DNA from: Chrysochromulina tobinii
Lineage: Eukaryota
DNA: 43,195 nt
Assembly (NCBI GenBank): GCA_001275005.1
Contig: JWZX01002886.1
Span: 1-43,195 of the forward strand
Direction of reading: 5' to 3'
Shown: positions 7,852-16,486 of the stretch, in pieces
How positions within the stretch are numbered: position 1 is the stretch's first letter
How the letters are laid out: each line of letters begins with the position of its first letter
Translations under genes and position numbers: made by a program
The notes under the pieces: model-generated
The model's database searches: none
What the model saw: the letters and a program-made list of their open reading frames with translations, nothing else
Told to the model about the DNA's origin: nothing

Positions 7852-10167
7852 AGCGGCGACCGCGAGTCGGAGCCCGAGGGCGAGGCCGAGTGAGGCCTTG
7901 GGGTGGTCTATTTTTGTTCGACTGGGCGCTTCCTGCGTAGTCGGCGGGCGGGAGGCGAACGACGAGTCGGCAGCTCGGCACAGTGCGGTCAGTCCTGCGC
8001 AGCGGAGCTCTCACTCGTCACTGTACCGACCGACCGAGTGTGTCGCCATGTTTGCACGGACCCCGAACGCGCGGAACGGTACGGCGACGTTCGGTTGGGT
8101 CGTTCTTGGGCGTCGTTTAGGCGTCGTGTCCGGCGCGGTGGGGCGAGGCGGGTCCGATGTCGTGTGTGCGGCGGCGCGACTGAGCGCTCTCGCTCCGCGG
8201 GCAGCAGAGAAACACACACTCCGCCCGCCCGGCCGCGTGTATAGCGAGGTCCGACGGGCGTGCGTGCGGGTCCTGCGTGCGCGCGGGTCCTCGGGCTCGG
8301 GCCTCCGGCGGCCCGCCCAGCGCCCTCTGGCGTGGCGGCGTGCGGACGTATCTGCGCGAGCGGGTGAGAGGGCCGTTTCGAGGCCGCCTGAAACACCGAG
8401 CTGAAAGAACTAAGATTCGACGCGCGGGCGTATCGTCACGGAGACGAGAGGAACACTGCGCGCCTGCTAATCGCACCAGGCGCTTCAATTCCGGACACGC
8501 ACACGGATTAGCGCCTGCTAATCGCCCACGGGCGCGTCGCCTGCGAGCTGAGGCTCGCCGAAGCCAGGACGTGAAGGGTGTAGAGCGAAGAGGCATTCCG
8601 CAAGATCGTGGCTGTGGCTGATCGACTCGAGCGTGTTGATGCCGCTATCATCGCCTATCAGCTGACGCCTGTGTATCCAATGTAACCGCACGTGACTGCG
8701 TGGCGCGACCCGTCACCGGGCACTCGACCCTCGATCAGCACGCGCCATTTTGTCAGCAGCCTGGGCTGCTGCCTCGGCGTTTTGCAGCGCCGTTCCGCGA
8801 TCCGACAAGAAGAAGAGGCCAGACTTTCGCTCGTATACCTTACGGCCCTGCGGTAGGCTTCGAATCTCCTCCGCCGTCACCTTTGCGGGCGCGGCGTACA
8901 GAGATCTATCCAACGGCGGCATCTATGCACGATGCCGTGTCGAGCTGTCGACGGCCGAAGACCACCACGAACTCGGGCACCCCGAACTTTTCAACTTCTT
9001 CCGGGAAAACTCTCTGATCCTTTTCGAAGTGGGGCCCGCCTGCCGCAAACTGCGGCCTGGATTTGGATTTTGTGATTCCGCGTAACCGAAACTCACTCGC
9101 GAGAAGCTCTCCTCATCCGACCCCTGCTAGGGGTCCTTCGTTAGCGGCTGGCCAAGAATGGGATACCGCTGCAGGGCAGGTTGCGGCCGCTGGGGCGTCT
9201 TCGATGGTCTCTGCCATGCATGCGCTCGCGCCGATCCTGGAGTTGGTAACACCCTCGCCTTCAGACAGTACGAGGAGGCGCGGGCACGGGCACTGCAAGG
9301 CGGCACTGCAACGCTGGCCAGCGAAGGCTTGCAATGCGACCCTTCGGACTCAGTGGACGAATTCATCTCGTTCGATGTCACGCGCCATGGCGTGTCTTCA
9401 TCATATGGTCTCTGATCGTGCCAACACTGATGCATGTACAACGCTTTTCGATTGGCAAAACCTACAACTGGTCCGGGGGCCCCCAGGTGGCAAAACCTCA
9501 TGTCTCATGTGTACAATGCGTTGGCACGTTCATCGTTAGAAGCGGTGCCCGGGCTTTATAGCTCATATGCCCATCACTAGACGGCTGCGGCTCTTCTACA
9601 GCCGCGCGCCACGGCGCGCGCGCGCCGCCTCAATGTGACCACCTCGATGTCGCATGTCCTCCCGGTCCTCCGTGAGCACTCGGGCGCGTTCTCAGATTGT
9701 TGTGCGCGTCCCGGGTTGAACAGAAAATTTATTTTACAACCACATGCTGACGGCTGACAGCAAAGCCCCATCGCAGACTCCTGGTCCCGCACGGGCGTCC
9801 GCTCGTCCCTCGTCTACAGTTGCAAACGGCCGCCGAACGTCCGAGACGTCGCCGTGCGAGCTTAAATTAAGCTGAGGCTCTATCTTTCTCTCTCTGCTGT
9901 CCGCCCCGCGGCGGGTGCCCGGGGTCGCGGTCCGCGCTTCCGGGGCGTGCCGGGCGTCCGGTCGCCGTCGGCGTGCTACCGACGGTGCAACGGTATTCGG
10001 ACGGTAGACGCGTGTGGTGGTGCACTCAAGATGCCACGCACTCGCTCATGGGTGTCTGGTCTCCTCCTGCTCCTCCAGCCACCACCCGCCGGCAGCACAA
10101 CAAACGTGTTCCTCCGCGAAACATGTTTGCGACGACCACGGACACAGATCCGCCCCCCTCCCTCGCC

Positions 10168-11562
10168 TCAGACGGCGCGCGCGAGCTTGGCGGCTTCCCC
10201 GATGTACGATCCAGGCGTGAGCTCGAGCAAGCGCGTCTTGGCGTCCTCGGGTATCTCGAGCGTCTGCACGAAGGCCCGCATGCCCGCAGCGTCGACGCGC
10301 CGGCCGCGAGTGAGCTCCTTGAGCTTTTCGTAGGGCGAGGGAACGTCGTACAGGCGCATGACCATTTGGATGGGCTCAGCGAGGACTTCCCAATTCGAAT
10401 CCAGGTCAGCCTCGAGCGCCGCCACGTTGACCTGCACCTTGGAGAGCCCCTTGAGCGCCGCCTGATACGCGATCAGCGCATGCGCGAGCGCGACGCCCAT
10501 ATTCCGAATCACTGTCGAATCGGTCAGATCGCGCTGCCACCGCGAGACGGGCAGTTTGGCACCAAGGTGGCCGAGCAGTGCGTTCGCAAGGCCGAGGTTG
10601 CCCTCAGCGTTCTCAAAGTCGATAGGGTTGACCTTGTGAGGCATTGTGGACGAACCCACCTCGCCCGCAACGACGCGTTGCTTGAAGTAGCCGAGCGAGA
10701 TGTAACCCCACATGTCACGGCAGAGGTCGAGTAGAATCGTGTTGAAGCGCGCGGTCGCGTCGAAGAGAGCGGAGATGAAGTCGTGCGGCTCGATCTGCGT
10801 CACGTACGGATTGAACTCGAGCCCCAGCCCCTCCACGAACCGCTTGGCGAACGCGGGCCAGTCAGTATGGGGGCAGCACACCAGGTGTGCGTTGTAGTTG
10901 CCGACGGCGCCCGCGATCTTGGGCCCAGGATGGGTGCGCTCTCGACGGCGGCGAGCTCGCGGCGCAGCCGGTGCACGACGTTCGCGAGCTCCTTGCCCAC
11001 CGTCGTGGGCGTCGCTGGCTGCCCGTGCGTGTGCGAGAGCATCGGCACCTCGGCGAGCTCGTGCGCCATCTTGACGAGCGTCGCCTCGAGCAGCTTCATC
11101 CCGGGCACCAGCGCCTCGGCGCGCGCACAGACGAGTCATGCGAGCGTACGCGAGGTTATTGATGTCCTCCGACGTGCACGCAAAGTGGAAGAACTCGAGC
11201 TTCTTCGCGAGCTGCCCGCCCGACGTGTCCCGCGCGAGCGCTGTCTCCTTGAGGTAGTACTCGACCGCCTTCACATCGTGGTTGGTGGTCTTCTCGATGG
11301 CCTTGACCTTCTGGGCCTCTGCGACGTCGAACCCGGAGGCGATGGACTGGAGCAGCGCGATCGAGGCCTCGTCAAAGGGCGGCAGCTCGGGCACGACACC
11401 CTCGCGCGCCAGCGCAAGCAGCCACTCAACCTCGACGATCACGCGATGCTTGATGAGGGCGTATTCGCTGAAGTGCTCGCGCAACGGGGCTGTCGTGTTA
11501 CCGTACCGCCCGTCCACGGGCGATACTGCGGTGAGCGAGGTCAATTCGGCGGTGGAGGGCAT
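10168..11562 (-). CDS. purB: Adenylosuccinate lyase (E. coli/plant-type PurB) with two compensating frameshifts (about 11130 and about 10922)
   Basis: Motifs TAVSPVDGRY, TTNHDVKAVEYYLKE, HFACTSEDINN, KIAGAVGNYNAH, YVTQIEPHD, GSSTMPHKVNPIDFENAEGNLG and SRWQRDLTDST. The conserved middle (MLSHTHGQPATPTTVGKELAN) is in the other frame (ORF 10800..11108). Likely ATG at 11562. Confidence 0.93.
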   Translation of the reverse strand: MPSTAELTSLTAVSPVDGRYGNTTAPLREHFSEYALIKHRVIVEVEWLLALAREGVVPELPPFDEASIALLQSIASGFDVAEAQKVKAIEKTTNHDVKAVEYYLKETALARDTSGGQLAKKLEFFHFACTSEDINNLAYARMTRLCARRGAGARDEAARGDARQDGARARRGADALAHARAASDAHDGGQGARERRAPAAPRARRRRERTHPGPKIAGAVGNYNAHLVCCPHTDWPAFAKRFVEGLGLEFNPYVTQIEPHDFISALFDATARFNTILLDLCRDMWGYISLGYFKQRVVAGEVGSSTMPHKVNPIDFENAEGNLGLANALLGHLGAKLPVSRWQRDLTDSTVIRNMGVALAHALIAYQAALKGLSKVQVNVAALEADLDSNWEVLAEPIQMVMRLYDVPSPYEKLKELTRGRRVDAAGMRAFVQTLEIPEDAKTRLLELTPGSYIGEAAKLARAV

Positions 11563-11738
11563 GCGCACAAAGACCACGAAAGGCGAGATGATGACGCGGC
11601 GTGATGACGCACATGACGCACACTCACATCTCTGTAGAAGGGGGGGCGCGAATTGTCGCACAGGTCTCGCGGGGGCTGCGAACGACACGTCGATGACGAC
11701 TTTGCCATATCGGGTTACACACAGTCGGAAACGTCGCC

Positions 11739-12922
11739 ATGGACGAGCTCGTGTACGATCTGCCGCTACACCTGGTCGAGTCGCTCACGTGCCCAATCTG
11801 CTTCAAGATCTTGTCGCACCCTTGCGCCATCGGGCCGTGCAACCACACCTTCTGCCGCACCTGCCTCCTCGCCTGGGCTGACGCTCGGATTGCGCAGGAT
11901 TTGGAGGATGCTGATGACGATGACGAGGAGTACACGCTGCTGTGCCAGGGCACTCCGCTCTGCTGCCCCGTGTGCCGGCGCGTCGGCCTTCCCGCCACCG
12001 CTTTTGCGCACTCATACCAGGTCAACCAGCCGATGAATGCTGCGCTGGTCGCGCTCGCGCAGCAGCAGCACAGTTGCACAGTCGTGCAGTGCGAGCTGCA
12101 TCCGGGGCGACCTCTCGAGCTGTACTGCACGGACTGCAACCAACCCTCGTGCAGCCACTGTGGGCTCTTTGGGCGGCATCGCGGCCACCAACTCCTCGAG
12201 GTGAACGAGGCGCTGCTCACCGAGCTCGACACGCAGATCGAGCGCAGCCGCGAGGAGATCACTGCGTGGGCCAAGCGCCGCGTCGCCTTCCATCAGGCTC
12301 GGCGGCCCGGCGACGAGGGCGAGTCCGAGGCGGTCGCCGCGTGGGCCAAGGCCGCCAAGGCCGCCAAGGAGGGCCTTGCACGACAGTATGAACAGTATGA
12401 GGAGGGCCTTGCACGGCATGGAACCGTCAAGCCGAGGATGGAAGAGGACGACGAGGAGGACGAGGAGGCGCTCTTCTTGGGACGGTGCGCGCTGCGCGCT
12501 CGGGCCCCACTGAAGCCTGTCCCACCATACCCCGCCGCCACCGCCGCCGCTGCCGCCACCAAGTGTGCTGCCCATGATGAAACAACCACGGATAGGAAGA
12601 GCAGTCGTACCCGATGTGCCGAGAGCCGTGAGTCTTGCTGAGGCACTGCACAACGCCCTGCAAGGCTGCTGCGCTGGCGACTGTGCGGCGACCGCTGCGA
12701 AGCTCACGCGCACGCGCACGTGCCCTGCTCCTGAACTGCGTGTGAGCTGATGAGATGTGCGCTGGCCCGGTGATGTCGTCGCGCCACAGGACTGAAGCAC
12801 TCGGCCGAGAGATGCGGGCGTTCACGAGAGTGTTCGCGGAGCACGTGAGGCGCACCAGCTCCGTTGGCGGTGGCGCTCCGCCTGGTATGTCGATGAGTAG
12901 TGGACCGCCGCCGCTGACCTAG
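11739..12922 (+). CDS. RING (C3HC4) + B-box + coiled-coil (TRIM-like) putative E3 ubiquitin ligase; proposed exons 11739-12484, 12564-12659 and 12790-12922
   Basis: RING CPICFKILSHPCAIGPCNHTFCRTC...CPVCR. B-box CELHPGRPLELYCTDCNQPSCSHCGLFGRHRGH, followed by a helical heptad-like segment. The unspliced ORF ends at 12641. Proposed introns 12485-12563 (GT-AG) and 12660-12789 (GC-AG) keep the frame to TAG 12920-12922; the 3' exons are less certain than the domains. Confidence 0.75.
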
Positions 12923-13134
12923 GGCTAGGCGCTAGGGATGATTTTTTTCTACGTAGCTAAAAAATCATGTGCGTCGAAGACGGCCGAAAGATGAGCGTGC
13001 GCCGGGGCGGATGGCCAAGTCCGGTGGCACGACGCGCACCTTACTTTTCCGAGTATGCGGCCGAGTTTACAGCCATTTCACACATCCGGAAGTCATCCGA
13101 CTGCGGCACGAAAGCACGCCACACAAGGGGAATT

Positions 13135-14943
13135 ATGGCAGCCAACGGCGATGCCGAGGCAGGGCGACGCCAGCGCACCTTTGCGGCGCTCTCGAATGCT
13201 CGAGGAAATCTTTCTATGCCGATGATCGACCTCGACGCGGCGCGCGAGCGTGCGGCCGCTCTTAAGGAACGGCTGGCAGAGACGTCGGCCAAGCTCGCGG
13301 AGCGGAGCGAGAAGACGGCGGCTGCGTGGCAGGAGAAGGTGAGCGCCGCAAGTCAGCGCGCGGCCCCCACGATTGACGCCCTCAAGGAGCGAGCACTTAA
13401 GGAGCGGGACGCTCTCAAGGAACGTGCGGCCTCTCTTCCGTCCTCGAGTAGGATGATGTCCATAATGTCCGCGAACGTCAGCAGCGAGAAGCTCGAGAGC
13501 AAATTGGGCTCGTTCAAGGCATGGGGGCATAGTGCCGTCGATCGGATGGCCAAGATGACAGCAGAGCAGCACGGGCACGCGTCCTCGCAGAGTGCCGACA
13601 ACGACGCCACGGCGGCAGGGATTTACCGCCAGCGGCGCGCCGATGTGGATAGTGACGAGGAGGAGATGGAGGCGAAGGTGCCCACGGCCGATCTGCTCGG
13701 CGGCGAGCTGCTCGATGGAGCCAGCGCGAGCGGCAGCAACTTTGGTCCTGCCCTTTCGGGCGGCGGCATGGGAGCCACGTCCTCGGTCGACTTGCTTTGC
13801 GATTGGCTCGGTGGGTCGAGTGTGAGCAGCGCGCCGGGAGATCTGATGAGCGACTTCATCGCGCCGCCGCCCTTGCAACCCATCGCCGCGATGCCGCCGC
13901 CAACCGCCCCGTTCGGCGGCTTGATGGACCTCGAGGCCCTCCTCAGTCCCACCGCCGGCGCGAGCTCCCCCAGTTGCTCCCCCCCCGATGCCGGCGGCGT
14001 CGAGCCCCCACAGACCCGTGAGAGGCTTGAGAGATGGATCTCAGGTGGGAGGTCGGAGCCCAGTCTGCTGAGCGATCTGACGCCGCAGGAACTCGGATGG
14101 GTATGGGCGGTGGGATGGGACTTTCGGGCGGAGGGCGAGGGACAGGGCGAGGCGACGACCGCTGAGGCATACGTGCGCATGTGCGTGGCCGCCGAGGCCG
14201 AACGCGAACGCATGGCCTATGACTGGAACGACGGGTTTCGCAAGGGGCACGGCCAGCTATGCGCTGACTTCGACGTGATCGATCGTGACGTGCCGCGCAC
14301 GACCCTGCCAAGCGGCGGCCGCTTTCGCTCGTGGACCCCCGCCGAGTTGACACAGGTGCTGGAGGCCCACCTCGTGGCTGAATCGCAGCTACCAGCGGGG
14401 CAGGGGATGGGGTACGTGCAGGGGATGGCGGACGTCGCTGCGTTCCTGCTGCAGCGGCTTCCGCCCGTGACCGCGTACGGCGCGCTGCGCCGACTGTGCG
14501 CCCGCCCGCTGGTGCGTACCTTTTTCCGACTCGATACAGATGAGTGGCTGACTCTCTCGAGCGTCTTCTCCACCTTGATCGGCACATATTGCCCGACCGT
14601 CTTTGCGAAGCTCGAGCAAGAAGGGCTCGAGCCAGCGCTATACTTGCCCGAGTGGCTCATGCCGCTCTGGAGCCGCTCGCTGAGCGTGGAGGCCACCTCG
14701 CACGTGTTCAGCCTCACACTCCTCGAGGGGGACGCCATCTTCGTACGCGCCGCGATCGCCGCGCTCGTCGCCATCGAGCCGCTGGTGCTCAAGTGCCGAG
14801 ATCTGCCAGAATGCAGCCAGGTCCTCTCCAAGGCGCCGCGGCAGGTCAGTTTTGCAGACTTCATGCGCGCCCTCGAAGCTTGCCCTCTCGACCCTTCGGC
14901 CATCGCGCCCCTCGTCCGCATCGGCGGGCAGTTGGTTGATTAG
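13135..14943 (+). CDS. TBC-domain Rab GTPase-activating protein
   Basis: TBC signature motifs IDRDVPRT (Arg finger) and GYVQGMADVAAFLL (Gln finger), plus YLPEWLMPLWSR. N-terminal coiled coil and low-complexity linker. The ORF is open from 12967; likely ATG at 13135. Confidence 0.88.
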   Translation: MAANGDAEAGRRQRTFAALSNARGNLSMPMIDLDAARERAAALKERLAETSAKLAERSEKTAAAWQEKVSAASQRAAPTIDALKERALKERDALKERAASLPSSSRMMSIMSANVSSEKLESKLGSFKAWGHSAVDRMAKMTAEQHGHASSQSADNDATAAGIYRQRRADVDSDEEEMEAKVPTADLLGGELLDGASASGSNFGPALSGGGMGATSSVDLLCDWLGGSSVSSAPGDLMSDFIAPPPLQPIAAMPPPTAPFGGLMDLEALLSPTAGASSPSCSPPDAGGVEPPQTRERLERWISGGRSEPSLLSDLTPQELGWVWAVGWDFRAEGEGQGEATTAEAYVRMCVAAEAERERMAYDWNDGFRKGHGQLCADFDVIDRDVPRTTLPSGGRFRSWTPAELTQVLEAHLVAESQLPAGQGMGYVQGMADVAAFLLQRLPPVTAYGALRRLCARPLVRTFFRLDTDEWLTLSSVFSTLIGTYCPTVFAKLEQEGLEPALYLPEWLMPLWSRSLSVEATSHVFSLTLLEGDAIFVRAAIAALVAIEPLVLKCRDLPECSQVLSKAPRQVSFADFMRALEACPLDPSAIAPLVRIGGQLVD

Positions 14944-16486
14944 GACGTGGGCTCTTCTGTGGGGAGACCAGAGACGAAGGCACACGTCCTCGCAAGGTGA
15001 TTTGCATGTGATTCGAACCAGGTGGGCAGCAGCAGAGCAAACTGAACTTGGCACGGCGTGGTCGTGGAACGTCGAATTCTCGAAGAATGGCTCATATCAC
15101 GTCATCACACATGACATCAGCCGTCCTTGTTGTGTACGTACACTGTTCTGTACGAGAGTCGTGCTGCGATCAGTGTTCCTTGGACCTTGTTGGTATCTAC
15201 TCTTATCTGAAAAATATCATTATCTACACTCCACGTATTCGTATAAAACAGGTTGGTTTTTCGAGTGAGTCGTCGGCCGGAGTCGAACGAGCTCTATCTC
15301 TTTCAATGTCCGCTATTTGACGTTTGGGTTTTATTTGCTGTGACCAACCTGAAAGAGGTGCCAGGAGGTGCCTGAAATAGATCGGCATCGGGTGCTTTTT
15401 CTCGCTATTTCGCGCTCACTCACCGCGGCAAAAAGCAAGCTCATGCGCGCTTCTTCGTACTTGTGGCGAGCGTAACTGATGCCGCGTCCGCCCATCTTGC
15501 CGCTCAGTCCCATGCCACGTTGCTCAGCGCGCAGATGGTGCAGCGCAGCGAGAGGGCGTTGGGCACCGGCCACGGACGAGGGCGGTCCCAGGAGTTGCTG
15601 TCACCCTTCGGCGCGACGGCACCCGCGCCGGGGAGCGGCATGATGGTGACGTCCCATAAGCGCCATTATTCATGAGCGGCAAGACCATTCCGAATGTTCC
15701 TAGTATCCTTCATCCTCGTGAGCCAGAAACGTATGCATTTGTGGTGCACGAGGATGGACACACAAAGATGGCAGCGTTCAAGATCCCAGGTCCGACTCTC
15801 CGACAGCGACGCCAGTGTTTATGGGCCCGTGGGTAAACTACTTCCCGTCGATGCTGGCGCCATTGGCGACACGTGAGACAGCGCACATAGAATCGCAACA
15901 AGTGCTACGAGGAGTACAAGGTAACTGGCATTGTGTGTCGGCCGTGGAGCCGGTAGACCCGCCAGTGCCTCGCTGGCCAAGGTGGCAGCCGCAAATTCCA
16001 GCATCGCAGTCGTTCCATCGCAAGCATCGCCCATTCTTCTGAGGAAGTCGACGTGCACGGCTCACATGGCGACCCCACGGCCTTGACGGAGGAGCACCAC
16101 CTGCCGCCCGCCAACCTCTGGCACCGCCGCGCTACCGCCGTGCCGAGATGATGTTCTTGGTGCGGGCCTGCGATCTGGGTGAAGCGCTCGCGATGCGCAA
16201 GGAGTATATCATACGGAATTTAATGGAGAATTACCCCGAGATTCCTATGGCCGACTGCACCGAGGAATTTCCAGGAGCTGGACCGCCTCGCGCCCACATG
16301 CTCGCGCGCCTGTGCTCTCAAAATACTTCACAAAGCCGACTTTCAGAAGCGTGTCTATCTTCCACTTCTCGCATCTTCCCAACCGTTCAAGAGACTCAAG
16401 TCTGTCCTCGAAGTTTGCGAAATCAAAACTTGTGACGCTGAGATCCGAAACGGTCCAGAAAGAAACGCCCGCCTCTCCCGCACCGA

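Noticed and set aside
7682..8621. ORFs of 110-240 aa in the intergenic region
   Set aside because: Non-ATG starts, Arg/Ala/Gly-rich composition and no domains; expected by chance at this GC content.
11563..11688. N-terminal extension of PurB as a transit peptide
   Set aside because: Begins at a non-ATG codon and lies in the short divergent promoter; homology starts near the ATG at 11562.
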